From positions 64,052 to 128,051 of the forward strand of contig CAZCZE010000064.1 of the NCBI GenBank assembly GCA_964503125.1: a DNA stretch of 64,000 nucleotides, read 5' to 3'. The position numbers and the translations under genes were made by a program. Each line of letters starts with the position of its first letter. Within the stretch, counting starts at the first letter, position 1. Below, one piece after another: positions 45,437-54,811 of the stretch. The stretch is from an uncultured Gammaproteobacteria bacterium. Its GTDB lineage: Bacteria; Pseudomonadota; Gammaproteobacteria; Steroidobacterales; Rariloculaceae. Under the pieces are notes generated by a model. That model was not told the origin of the DNA. It saw only the letters and a program-made list of their open reading frames with translations, and searched no databases.

Positions 45437-47020
45437 CTAGCGTCGCGCCGCGATCTGCTCGCGCAGGAACTTGGCCGTCTCCGCCGGCTGCGCGCCGTCG
45501 TCGAACAACCCGATCATCTCGGCGAGCGGTGACAGCTGCCGCGGCGACATCTTCTCGACGAGCTCGAGAGCCGTGAGACCGTCCTTGTTGCGCAGCTCGA
45601 CCGAGGCGCCGCCCGCGACGAGCTCGCGGATCGGGCCGAGGCGACCGTCGTGCGCCGCAACGTGCAGCGCGGTATCGCCCTTGGGATTCAGCGCATCGGG
45701 ATTGGCGCCGGCCTCGAGCAACACGCGGACCGCGTCCGCGGGCTCGCGATTGCCGGGCTCGCGAAAAACGCCGATCTTCCCTTCGCGGATGTCGCCCGGC
45801 CCGCCGTCCATGAGCTGGCCCTTGCCGCCGTTGAGCGCCGCCATGAGCGGCGTTTGGCCCGTGTTGTCGCCGAACGGCATCGGCGGCGCGCCTTCGACGG
45901 GCTTCGGCGTCCATTCGACGTCGGCGCCGTGCGCGATCATGAGCTGCAACGACTCGACGTCGGCGGCCACGGCCGCGCGGTAGAACGGCGTTCCCGACCC
46001 CTTCGCGTCGCAGCACATCGACGCCGAATGCATTTGCCCGTCGAACGGCTTGTTCGGGTCGGCGCCCGCCTCGAGCAACCGGGCCACGAGTTCGAGCGCC
46101 GTGAGGTGGTTCGCGTGATCGGCGCGCAGGCGCGAGCCGTCGCGCGCGCGCCAGTCGGTCGGGGCGTCGCGCATCACGACGGCATAGTAAAGCGAGCCGT
46201 CGTTCGCGTCCGCGCCGAGCTCGAGCAACGTCGCGGCCATGTCGAAGCGATCGTTGACGACCGCGAGCATCATGGCGCTGGCGCCGTCGCCGTTCGTCGC
46301 TTTCGCGTCCGCGCCACCCTCGACGAGACGGCGCACCAGGGCCTCGTTGCCGTTACGCGCGGCCCACATCAACGCGGTGAACCCGCCCGTGGGGAAGTCC
46401 GCGCGCATACTGCGTTTCGTGAGCTCGGACACGCGCGCCTTGCGGTTCGGATCCGCGCCGGCCGCAAGCAGCGCCTCGACGACGGGCAGGTGCCCTTCGG
46501 CCGTGGCCCACATGAGCGCGGTCTGCTCCTGTAGCGTCTCGACGGCATTGGGGTCGGCCCCGTGCGCGAGCAACTGCTCGACGATGTCGACGCGCCCGGA
46601 ACGCGCCGCGGCCATGAGCGGCGTCTCGCCGTCGCGGACGGCGCGCTCGACGTCCGCGCCGGCGTCGAGCAACGCGCGCGCCGTGGCCGCGTCGCCGTTG
46701 CGTGTGGCCTGTAGCAACGGCGTGACGCCGAATTGACTGGGCGCGTTCGGGTCGGCGCCGGCCGCGAGCAACGTGGCAACGAGCTCGGCCGACGAGTGGT
46801 AGGCAGCCCAAAGCAGCGCCGGCGTTCCTTCGCTGTCCGGCGCGTTGACGTCGGCCCCGGCCTTGAGCTCGGCACGCACGGCCTCGGGGTCGGCCGCGCG
46901 GGCCGCCGCCGCGACGCTCTCCGCGGCCGCGCGCGAGCCCCATTGGCTCGCGAGCAACGCCAGCGAGACCACTACCGCCGCTCGAACACCGTAACGTCCT
47001 TGCCTCAGCGCGCTCGTCAT
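45437..47020 (-). CDS. ankyrin-repeat protein with signal peptide (third copy)
   Basis: ATG at 47020 after GAGGA. Signal AAVVVSLALLASQWGSRAAA. Ankyrin units GTPALLWAAYH..., GVTPLLQATRNG..., ETPLMAAARSG... and more. Confidence 0.9.
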   Translation of the reverse strand: MTSALRQGRYGVRAAVVVSLALLASQWGSRAAAESVAAAARAADPEAVRAELKAGADVNAPDSEGTPALLWAAYHSSAELVATLLAAGADPNAPSQFGVTPLLQATRNGDAATARALLDAGADVERAVRDGETPLMAAARSGRVDIVEQLLAHGADPNAVETLQEQTALMWATAEGHLPVVEALLAAGADPNRKARVSELTKRSMRADFPTGGFTALMWAARNGNEALVRRLVEGGADAKATNGDGASAMMLAVVNDRFDMAATLLELGADANDGSLYYAVVMRDAPTDWRARDGSRLRADHANHLTALELVARLLEAGADPNKPFDGQMHSASMCCDAKGSGTPFYRAAVAADVESLQLMIAHGADVEWTPKPVEGAPPMPFGDNTGQTPLMAALNGGKGQLMDGGPGDIREGKIGVFREPGNREPADAVRVLLEAGANPDALNPKGDTALHVAAHDGRLGPIRELVAGGASVELRNKDGLTALELVEKMSPRQLSPLAEMIGLFDDGAQPAETAKFLREQIAARR

Positions 47021-47145
47021 GACCGTCCTCTGTTCGCCTAGTCGATGATCGTAGCAGCACTGCACACGCCGGTGTGACCGCCGCTTTGATCTTCGGTATC
47101 CTAACCAGCCGCACGTTGTTCAGGATAGCGCTTAGGGAGTCAGCC

Positions 47146-48126
47146 ATGAGATCTCACACTTCGACCGGCATTGCCCTCGCCGTCTTGGCCGTCGTCTCGA
47201 TGCCCGCCGGGCAGACCCAGCCCGTCGCGAGCACGCCGCCGATGCCGCGCACGTCGTGGGGCGACCCCGCCATCGAGGGCACGTACACGAACAAGGACGA
47301 GTTCGGCACGCCGTTCGAGCGCCCCAACGAGCTCGCCGGCCGGCAGCGCAGCGAGTTCGGGCCCGAGGCGATGGCCGAGCTCATGGTGGAGCGCACGCGG
47401 CGCGGCGCCGCCATCGCGCAGAGCATCGGCGGCAGCGCCACGAACGACACGGGCGCGGGCCCGCCGCACTGGTACGAGTACCTCGAGGCCGTCAACAGCC
47501 GGCCGTGGCTCGTCAACGAGCCGGCCGACGGTAAGGTCCCGGCCGTGACCGACGAGGCGCGCCAGCGCGCCCAAGCGCAGGTCCGCAACTTCGCGAAACG
47601 CGACGCGCCCGACACCTACACCGACATGAGCCTCTACGATCGCTGCATCTCGATCGGGCTGCCGGGCTCGATGATGCCGATGATCTACGGCAATGCGTAC
47701 GAGATCACGCAGTCACCGGGCTACGTGGCAATTCGCTACGAGATGGTCCACGAGACCCGCATCATCCCGCTCGGCGACTCGCCGCGCCTCGCGTCGAACC
47801 TCGACTTCTATATGGGCGACGCGCGCGGCCGCTGGGAAGGCGACACGCTCGTCGTCGAGACGACGAACATCCGCCCCCAAGCGGCGTACCGCAACGCCAG
47901 CGAGAACTTGAAGATCACCGAGCGCTTCACGCCGCTCGACGCGAACACGCTCTCCTGGGAGGTGCGCTTCGAGGATCCCGCCACCTGGACCGCGCCGTGG
48001 TCCTTCGAGATGCCGCTCGAGCGCAGCGCCGAAGCCGCGCCGTTCGAGTACGCCTGCCACGAGGGCAACCTCGGCTTGCGCAACATCTTGAGCGCCGCGC
48101 GCGCGGCCGAGCGCGACGCGAAATAG
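47146..48126 (+). CDS. secreted 'WEGDTLVVET'-family protein (paralog D)
   Basis: ATG at 47146 after GGGAG, with a signal peptide. Blocks YDRCISIGLPG, MGDARGRWEGDTLVVETTN, KITERF, FEDPATWTAPW and a C-terminal YACHEGN. Confidence 0.8.
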   Translation: MRSHTSTGIALAVLAVVSMPAGQTQPVASTPPMPRTSWGDPAIEGTYTNKDEFGTPFERPNELAGRQRSEFGPEAMAELMVERTRRGAAIAQSIGGSATNDTGAGPPHWYEYLEAVNSRPWLVNEPADGKVPAVTDEARQRAQAQVRNFAKRDAPDTYTDMSLYDRCISIGLPGSMMPMIYGNAYEITQSPGYVAIRYEMVHETRIIPLGDSPRLASNLDFYMGDARGRWEGDTLVVETTNIRPQAAYRNASENLKITERFTPLDANTLSWEVRFEDPATWTAPWSFEMPLERSAEAAPFEYACHEGNLGLRNILSAARAAERDAK

Positions 48127-48171
48127 CCGCCAGTTCTGCTCTTACCAGCCCCTACGCCCAACAAGGAAGAC

Positions 48172-48627
48172 ATGAACGCACCGCCGACCCTGACCGAGCT
48201 CAAGCTCTCGCCCGAGATGAAGCAAGCGATCGACACCGCGTTCGAATCCGGCAGAGCCGTCTCGTTCTCCTATGTCGACGACCAAGGCGCTCCGCACCTT
48301 TCGTACCGCGGCAGCACGCAGGCGTACAGCGACACGCAGCTCGCGATCTGGGTCCGCAACGCCGAGGGGCTGCTACTGCCGTCCGTGAAGAAAAATCCCG
48401 CCGTCGCGCTGATATACGGCAACTTCGACCCGAAGCAGCGCGGCTTCATGATGTTTCGCGGCCGCGCGCGCAGCGACGACAACCCCGACGTGCGGCGCCG
48501 CGTCTACGAGGCGGCGCACGAGTTCGAGCGCGACAAAGACAAGGACCGCAAGGGCGTCGCGCTGATCATCGACTTGAACAGCATCGAGGGCTTCTTCGGC
48601 GGCGCACGGCTGCAAATGCGCGCTTAA
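48172..48627 (+). CDS. pyridoxamine 5'-phosphate oxidase family (FMN-binding split-barrel) protein
   Basis: 151 aa. The pattern ...VSFSYVDDQGAPHLSYRGS...LAIWVRN...NPAVALIYGN...MMFRGRARS is typical of PNPOx-like split barrels. Confidence 0.8.
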   Translation: MNAPPTLTELKLSPEMKQAIDTAFESGRAVSFSYVDDQGAPHLSYRGSTQAYSDTQLAIWVRNAEGLLLPSVKKNPAVALIYGNFDPKQRGFMMFRGRARSDDNPDVRRRVYEAAHEFERDKDKDRKGVALIIDLNSIEGFFGGARLQMRA

Positions 48628-48771
48628 CCCCCCCCGGCGAACTGGCCCGTAGAAGCGTGACGCAGGTCTCAAACGAGAGCCCCGGCCGGAAAACGTGATC
48701 GAGGCCACAATTTGCTGCCGCTCTCGGGCGGGATAATCCCTCCCCTCAAACGGCCCGAAGGGGATCGAACG

Positions 48772-50232
48772 ATGCATCGGTCAATGACGCTCGCCGCGGC
48801 GGTCGCAGTCGCCGCGATCGGCCTCGCACCGGCACGCGCAGCGGCGCAGGATCTCGAGCGTTCGCGGTTCATCGCGAGCTCGGATGTGCTCAGCAGCATC
48901 TCCATGTTCAATTATCAGGAGCGGCGCAACTCGGATCTGACGTTCCGCGCCACGCCGGTCATCTCGACGGGCGAAGGCAAGGTCAAGGTCGAATACGAGA
49001 ACGGCAACGCCCACATCTCCGCCGAGGTCCGCAGAATGCCGCCACCGGCCGCGCTCGGTCCCTATACGACTTACGTGCTCTGGACGTTGACGCCCGATGG
49101 CCGCGCAGCGAACGAGGGCGTGTTCACGGGCGCCGAAGGCGGCAGCGGCGCACTTCAGACCCAGCACGCGGCCTCGCAGTTCGCCCTGATCGTCACGGCC
49201 GAGCCGCATTTCGCGGTGAGCGCGCCGAGCACGATGGTCGTCATGTACAACGTCGCCGACAAGGTCAGGGGTGCGGAGACGAAGATTTCGTCGCTGTTCG
49301 AGCGCGCCGACTACTCGACGCTCGCGACCATCGAGCCCGACCAGCGGCCGATCGAGCTCGTCCAGGCCGAGTACTCCGTCGCGATCGCAAAGGCGGCCGG
49401 CGCTGGAGAATTCGTGCCGAACCAACTGTCCGCGGCCCAGGCGAAGCTCGACGCCGCGCGGGCGGCTTGGGGCTCGAGGGGCGGCAGGGACCGCAAGACC
49501 GCCCCAGGGATCGCCCGCGAGGCCGTGACCGCGGGCGAGGATGCGCGCCGCGCTGCGTTGGTGGCGCGCGTCGAGGCCGACGCACGCGCGGAGCGCGACG
49601 CGGCGGCCAAGGCCGCTACAGAGGCGGAGCGTGAGCGCGCGGGGGCAGCCGCGGCGGCCGAACGCGAACGCGCAGCAGCGGCCGCGGCAGCGGAACGCGA
49701 GCGCGCGGCGGCTGCGGCAGCCGAAGCGGCGCTGGCCTCACAGGCGGCGGTCGAAAGGGCTGCGCGGCTAGCGGCCGATGAAGCCGACGCGCGCGCAACG
49801 GCCCGCGCGCGCGCCGAGCTATTGAACCGACTCAGCGCCGTGCTGCCGACACGCGAAACCGATCGCGGCCTGGTGTCGGAGATCGGCGGCGTGCAGTTCG
49901 CGACGGCCACGGCGAATCTGAACGCGCCCGCGAGGGAAAGCCTCGCGAGGTTCTCGGGGATCGTCGCCTCGTATCCCGAGCTGCGCTTCACGATCGAAGG
50001 GCACACGGACAACGTCGGCTCCGACGCGACCAATAGCGAGCTCTCGTTGCGGCGCGCGCTCAGCGTCCGCGACTACCTCACGAGCCTCGGCGTCGCGCCG
50101 GCGCGCATCGAAGTGGACGGCTACGGCCCCTCTCGGCCGGTCGCCGACAACACGACGGCCGACGGCCGCGCCCGCAACCGCCGCGTCGAGATCGTGATCT
50201 CCGGGGGAATGCTCGCCGCAGGCAACCGCTAG
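48772..50232 (+). CDS. OmpA-family protein with an Ala/Glu/Arg-rich repeat linker
   Basis: ATG at 48772, with a signal peptide. C-terminal OmpA_C block: FTIEGHTDNVGSDATNSELSLRRALSVRDYL...GYGPSRPVADNTTADGRARNRRVEIVI. Confidence 0.9.
   Translation: MHRSMTLAAAVAVAAIGLAPARAAAQDLERSRFIASSDVLSSISMFNYQERRNSDLTFRATPVISTGEGKVKVEYENGNAHISAEVRRMPPPAALGPYTTYVLWTLTPDGRAANEGVFTGAEGGSGALQTQHAASQFALIVTAEPHFAVSAPSTMVVMYNVADKVRGAETKISSLFERADYSTLATIEPDQRPIELVQAEYSVAIAKAAGAGEFVPNQLSAAQAKLDAARAAWGSRGGRDRKTAPGIAREAVTAGEDARRAALVARVEADARAERDAAAKAATEAERERAGAAAAAERERAAAAAAAERERAAAAAAEAALASQAAVERAARLAADEADARATARARAELLNRLSAVLPTRETDRGLVSEIGGVQFATATANLNAPARESLARFSGIVASYPELRFTIEGHTDNVGSDATNSELSLRRALSVRDYLTSLGVAPARIEVDGYGPSRPVADNTTADGRARNRRVEIVISGGMLAAGNR
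49621..49725 (+). repeat. in-frame tandem repeat encoding AERERA(A/G)AAAA(A) three times
   Basis: Three roughly 33-nt units (gcggagcgtgagcgcgcgggggcagccgcggcg / gccgaacgcgaacgcgcagcagcggccgcggca / gcggaacgcgagcgcgcggcggctgcggcagcc) lie inside the OmpA-family gene. Confidence 0.7.
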
Positions 50233-50278
50233 GGGCGACCCTCGTCTTGCTGAGGCCAGGCATCCCTGCCTGCCGGGT

Positions 50279-50620
50279 TCACTCGTAACGCAGCACTTCC
50301 GACGGCTGCACCTCGAGAGCGCGCCTGGTCGGCACGATGCCGACCAGGACCGCGGCGAGCAACAGCAAAGACACGGCGGCGAAGGTGAGCGGATCCGTCG
50401 CCTCGATGCCGAAGAGCGTGTTGGAGATCAGCCGCGTCAGGATCAGCGAGCCGATGATGCCGATCACGAGCGCCGCTGCAACGACCACGACGGCCTGGCG
50501 CATGATGAGCGCGACGATCGTTCGTGCGTTGGCGCCGAGGGCCAAGCGGATCCCGATCTCGTGCGTGCGCTGCGCCACCGCATAGCTGATGACGCCGTAG
50601 AACAGGCACGACGACTTCAT
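50279..50620 (-). pseudogene. 3' remnant of an FtsX-like (MacB-type) ABC permease gene
   Basis: The 113-aa ORF matches only the last two TM helices of FtsX-family permeases (GVISYAVAQRTHEIGIRLALGANARTIVALIMRQ...). In-frame TAA TAA lies immediately upstream, and the remaining several hundred aa are absent. Confidence 0.7.
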
Positions 50621-50681
50621 GGGCTTGCCGTCACACCACTGCCCCGGTTATTAGCTACGATAGCGCGCACAGGTCACACGA

Positions 50682-51506
50682 ATGATTCGACACCACTCGA
50701 CTCTGACGCTCGCCGCCCCGCTCCTCACCGCAGCGCTGGTGCACATGCCAGCTTGGGCGCAAACCGTAGACGATCCCGGCCCCTCCCCGGCGTGGGCACG
50801 GGACCCCGCGCAAACAATACGCCTCGGCGACGATCTCAAAGCCTTCGCCACGGAGCCCTTGCGCTGGCGGCGTCGAGAGTGGCTGCGGTTCGGCGGCATC
50901 GCCGCCGCCGTGGGCGTGGCCTATCAGTACGACGACGACGTTCGTGCTCACTACGGAAACGACGGTGAGCCGGACTACCACGAGGTTCAAGATGCGCTGC
51001 CCGCGGCCATCGTATTCGGCACCCGCTGGTTCGCGGCCACGCGTGGGGACAACGAGGAGGCTCGCCGGGAAGTGGCTGCGATGCGCCGGGCTTTCGTGGT
51101 CCAGACCATCGGCACGGAGGTCCTGAAGGTGGCGTTCCGTCGCGAGCGCCCGGGCCCCGGTGTGCCACGGGATCACTGGAACCAACGCGACCTATCCTTA
51201 TCGTTTCCTTCCGGGCACACGGCGGCTGCGTTCGCGATCGGCACGGTGTTCGCCGAGTCGGGCGACGATAGACACCGGCGATTGCGCCGAGTCATCGGCT
51301 ACGGAATCGGTGCATACACGGGCTATCAGCGAGTCAATCACGACACACATTGGTTTTCCGACACCGTCGCCGGCGCCGCGCTCGGGATCTTCACGGCCAG
51401 GTTCGTCATGAAACGGCGCGAGGGCACGGAACCGCGCGGCGAGTTTTCGCTGCAGCCTATTGAGGGGGGAACGAGGGTGACTTACACGGTCCCGCTGCGC
51501 AGGTAG
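50682..51506 (+). CDS. PAP2 superfamily phosphatase
   Basis: 274 aa with a signal peptide. All three PAP2 motifs are present: [16 protein letters not shown] and [12 protein letters not shown]. Confidence 0.9.
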   Translation: MIRHHSTLTLAAPLLTAALVHMPAWAQTVDDPGPSPAWARDPAQTIRLGDDLKAFATEPLRWRRREWLRFGGIAAAVGVAYQYDDDVRAHYGNDGEPDYHEVQDALPAAIVFGTRWFAATRGDNEEARREVAAMRRAFVVQTIGTEVLKVAFRRERPGPGVPRDHWNQRDLSLSFPSGHTAAAFAIGTVFAESGDDRHRRLRRVIGYGIGAYTGYQRVNHDTHWFSDTVAGAALGIFTARFVMKRREGTEPRGEFSLQPIEGGTRVTYTVPLRR

Positions 51507-51843
51507 TCCGCAACGGGCCGTTCGCGGGACGGCCTGGCCCTGCCACCGCCACTCCCGCATCTCCGGCCGATCGACGCCGTGCTCGTGCGCGTACCGCGCA
51601 CGTGCCGGTTGCGGTGGTTCGTACGCCGGTACGCGAGCCGATGGATCAGCCACGGGTAGCCGTGGAAGCAGAAGCGCCCGAGCTACTCGGAAACAACACG
51701 CACTATCCGCAACGCCACCGTTCATGCGCTGTCGTACAGCTACGCACGGAAAACTCATCGCGGTCTCGCCGCAATCGCTCCCTAGGTACACTGGGTCCTG
51801 AGCCGCGCCGCCGCCCACAGTTTCGGGCACAACGAGGAACCTC

Positions 51844-54558
51844 ATGCCAGGCAACGACGCCAACCTCACGGCACCATCGGGCGAGGAGCAACGCCACTGG
51901 TACGCGCTGCCCGCCGCCGTCGCACTCGCGGCACTCGAGGCGGATGACCAGGGGCTTGCGACGACCGAGGCCGAGGCGCGCCTCGAGCGCCTTGGCCCCA
52001 ACAAGCTGCCGACCGCGGCGGGACGCGGACCGCTCGTGCGATTCTTGCTGCAGTTCCACAATCTGCTCATCTACGTCTTGCTCGTCGCCGCCGTACTCGC
52101 GGCCGCACTTGGCGAGACGACGGATGCCACCGTCATCATGGCGGTCGTCGTCGTGAACGCCATCATCGGCTTCGTTCAGGAAGGCCGTGCCGAGCGCGCG
52201 CTCGAGGCGATTCGCGGCATGATCGACCCCAAGGCGTCCGTGCTTCGCGACGGCCGTCGGCAAACGGTGCCTGCGGACGAGATCGTGCCCGGCGACGTGG
52301 TGCTCATCGAAGCGGGCGATCGGGTACCCGCCGACCTGAGGCTCTTCAAGACCAAGAACCTGCGTATCGAGGAAGCGATTCTCACCGGCGAATCGGTCGC
52401 TGTAGATAAACAGACTGAGCCCGTCGCGGAGCAGGCCGCGCTCGGGGATCGCACCTCGATGGCGTTCTCGGGCACGTTCGTCGCCGCGGGCCAGGGCGCC
52501 GGAGTCGCCGTGGGCACGGCCGCGCAAACGGAGCTGGGGCGCATCAGCACGCTGCTCGGCAGCGTGCAGAGCCTGAAGACGCCTTTGATCCACCAAATGG
52601 ATCGCTTCGCCAAGCAGGTGACGCTCGTCGTGCTTGCAATCTCGGCCATCGCGTTCGTCGCCGCCTACGCGAGCAACGCGTACGGGCTCGCCGATGCCTT
52701 CATGATCGTCGTGGGTCTCGCCGTCGCAGCGATTCCGGAGGGTCTGCCGGCGATCATGACCATTACGCTCGCGATCGGTGTGACGCAAATGGCGAAACGC
52801 CACGCGATCGTGCGCCGCCTGCCCGCAGTCGAGACCCTGGGCTCGGTGTCCGTCATCTGCTCGGACAAGACGGGTACGCTTACGCGCAACGAAATGATGG
52901 TGCAGATGATCGCCACGGCGGCGCGCACCTACGAGGCGACGGGCGTCGGCTACGACCCGACGGGCTCGTTCCGCGTAGACGCAGGCGAGGTGAGCCCCGG
53001 AGACGAACCCGCACTGATGGAAATCGTGCAAGCGGGCCTCTTGTGCAACGACGCCGAGTTGCACCAAGCGGACGGCGTCTGGCGAATCGACGGCGATTCG
53101 ATGGAAGGCGCCCTCGTGACGCTGGCAGCCAAAGCAGGTCTCGATCCGGCGCTCGTGCGCAAGCAACTGCCGCGCACCGACGAGATACCCTTCGATGCAG
53201 CACATCGGTTCATGGCGACGCTGCACCATGGCCACACCGAGGGCAGCTTTACTCTCATCAAAGGCGCGCCGGAGCGCGTCATCGAAATGTGCGCAACGGA
53301 GCCCGGACCTGCGGGCGACCTCGCGATCGACCGCGGCAGCTGGGCGCGCAAAGTCGACGAGCTCGCGGCTCACGGTCAGCGCGTGCTCGCATTCGCCCGC
53401 AAGCCCGCTCGACAAGGGCAGCAAGACCTCACATTCGACGACGTCACCACGGGCGCTACATTGCTCGGCCTCATGGGATTCATCGATCCGCCGCGCGACG
53501 AGGCCATCGTCGCAGTGTCGGACTGCCGCGCCGCCGGCATCAGAGTCGTCATGATCACGGGCGACCACGCCCTGACGGCACGCGAAATCGCAAGACAGCT
53601 CGGTCTCTCTGACGATCCGAAAACGCTCACGGGCACCGATCTCGAGACTCTCGATGAGCAGGGCCTGCGACACGCGGTGCGGGAAACGACCGTGTTCGCA
53701 CGCACGACGCCCGAGCACAAGCTGCGGCTCGTCGAGGCGCTGCAGAGCGAAGGGCTCACGGTGGCGATGACCGGCGACGGCGTCAACGACGCACCGGCGC
53801 TCAAACGCGCCGACGTCGGCGTCGCGATGGGCTCCAAGGGCACCGAGGTCGCGAAGCAAGCCGCCGAGGTCGTGCTCGCCGACGACAACTTCGCATCGAT
53901 CGTGGCCGCCGTTCGCGAGGGACGCACCGTCTACGACAATATAGTGAAGGTCATCGGCTGGACATTGCCGACGAACGGCGGCGAGGCCGTCACGATTCTC
54001 GCCGCCATCGCGCTCGGCCTCGCCCTGCCTATAACGCCCGCGCAGATACTCTGGGTCAACATGGTGACCGCCGTCGCGCTCGGTCTCACGCTGGCCTTCG
54101 AGCCGACGGAGCACGGTACGATGCGCCGCCCGCCGCGGCCACGCACGCAGCCGCTCCTCGGAGCGGAGCTCGTCTGGCGCATCGCGTTCGTCTCCGCGCT
54201 GTTCGTCACTGGGACCTTCGGCATGTTCTTCTGGGCCGAAGAGCGCGGCCTGCCGATCGAGACGGCCCGCACCATCGTCGTCAATACGCTCGTCGTGATG
54301 GAAGTGTTCTATCTCTTCAGCGTGCGCTACGTGCACGGCACGTCGTTGACGCTGCAGGGCGTGCTCGGCACGCCCGCCGTTCTCATCGGCGTCAGCGTCG
54401 TTGTCGTGGCGCAGCTGCTGCTGACGTATACAAGCTTCTTGCAGAGGGCTTTCGGCACGCAGCCGCTGAGCCTGCTCGATGGCGCCGCCATCATCGGCGT
54501 CGGCATCGCACTGCTCGTCGCCGTGGAGATCGAGAAGGCCGTGCGCCGTGCGCTTTGA
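51844..54558 (+). CDS. cation-transporting P-type ATPase (type II-like)
   Basis: 904 aa. Motifs TGES, ICSDKTGTLT, MITGDH, MTGDGVNDAPALKRADVGVAMG, PEGLPA and ILWVNM. Confidence 0.95.
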   Translation: MPGNDANLTAPSGEEQRHWYALPAAVALAALEADDQGLATTEAEARLERLGPNKLPTAAGRGPLVRFLLQFHNLLIYVLLVAAVLAAALGETTDATVIMAVVVVNAIIGFVQEGRAERALEAIRGMIDPKASVLRDGRRQTVPADEIVPGDVVLIEAGDRVPADLRLFKTKNLRIEEAILTGESVAVDKQTEPVAEQAALGDRTSMAFSGTFVAAGQGAGVAVGTAAQTELGRISTLLGSVQSLKTPLIHQMDRFAKQVTLVVLAISAIAFVAAYASNAYGLADAFMIVVGLAVAAIPEGLPAIMTITLAIGVTQMAKRHAIVRRLPAVETLGSVSVICSDKTGTLTRNEMMVQMIATAARTYEATGVGYDPTGSFRVDAGEVSPGDEPALMEIVQAGLLCNDAELHQADGVWRIDGDSMEGALVTLAAKAGLDPALVRKQLPRTDEIPFDAAHRFMATLHHGHTEGSFTLIKGAPERVIEMCATEPGPAGDLAIDRGSWARKVDELAAHGQRVLAFARKPARQGQQDLTFDDVTTGATLLGLMGFIDPPRDEAIVAVSDCRAAGIRVVMITGDHALTAREIARQLGLSDDPKTLTGTDLETLDEQGLRHAVRETTVFARTTPEHKLRLVEALQSEGLTVAMTGDGVNDAPALKRADVGVAMGSKGTEVAKQAAEVVLADDNFASIVAAVREGRTVYDNIVKVIGWTLPTNGGEAVTILAAIALGLALPITPAQILWVNMVTAVALGLTLAFEPTEHGTMRRPPRPRTQPLLGAELVWRIAFVSALFVTGTFGMFFWAEERGLPIETARTIVVNTLVVMEVFYLFSVRYVHGTSLTLQGVLGTPAVLIGVSVVVVAQLLLTYTSFLQRAFGTQPLSLLDGAAIIGVGIALLVAVEIEKAVRRAL

Positions 54559-54628
54559 GCCAACGCTTCGCGACGCCGCGACGCGGGTGACAACGGCTTA
54601 GCTACGTTATTGATGGGCGGCGGGATTT

Positions 54629-54678
54629 TGGTGGAGCAGAAGGGGATCGAACCCTCGACCTCCGCATTGCGAATTCGG
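54629..54678 (-). tRNA. 3' fragment (about 50 nt) of a tRNA-Ala-like gene, or a tmRNA 3' end; att-site remnant, not a functional tRNA
   Basis: The minus strand reads CCGAA-TTCGCAA-TGCGG-AGGTC-GAGGG-TTCGATC-CCCTT-CTGCTCC-A-CCA. This gives an anticodon-arm-like element (loop TTCGCAA, anticodon CGC, one stem mismatch), variable loop, T-arm and a 3' acceptor strand with T70 (compatible with G3:U70), then ACCA. Sequence 5' of it has no D-arm or matching 5' acceptor strand. Confidence 0.6.
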
Positions 54679-54792
54679 TGGGTCGTGTTTGAAGGACTTT
54701 GAAGCTGCTTGCGAGTGTTTGATAACGCGTTGTTTCCATTGCGATACCGTTTGAAGCCCGCCCTACACTCTGCTACCGAGTTTGAAATGAAC

Positions 54793-54811
54793 TGTCTACA
54801 TGGCGTCTACA
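54793..54811 (+). repeat. left copy of a 19-nt imperfect direct repeat (TGTCTACATGGCGTCTACA)
   Basis: 18/19 identical to 63965..63983. It contains two GTCTACA heptamers and spans the integrase-remnant ATG (54800). Confidence 0.5.

Noticed and set aside
50257-50272. Hairpin CAGGCA-TCCC-TGCCTG between the OmpA gene and the FtsX remnant as a terminator.
   Set aside because: It has only a 6-bp stem and no T-tract, which is too weak to call.
51198-52070. 290-aa minus-strand ORF spanning the PAP2-ATPase spacer.
   Set aside because: It is antisense to both flanking genes at its ends, and is low-complexity Ser/Ala/Arg-rich. Only the short [17 protein letters not shown] stretch is notable, and that is reported separately at low confidence.
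54629-54711. A complete tRNA gene, or a complete tmRNA gene, on the minus strand.
   Set aside because: Only the anticodon-arm-like, variable, T-arm and 3' acceptor parts are present. Upstream sequence (…GCAAGCAGCTTCAAAGTCCTTCAAACACGACCCA) has no D-arm and no 5' strand able to pair with CTGCTCC at the right distance. The region where a tmRNA body would lie encodes the integrase remnant.
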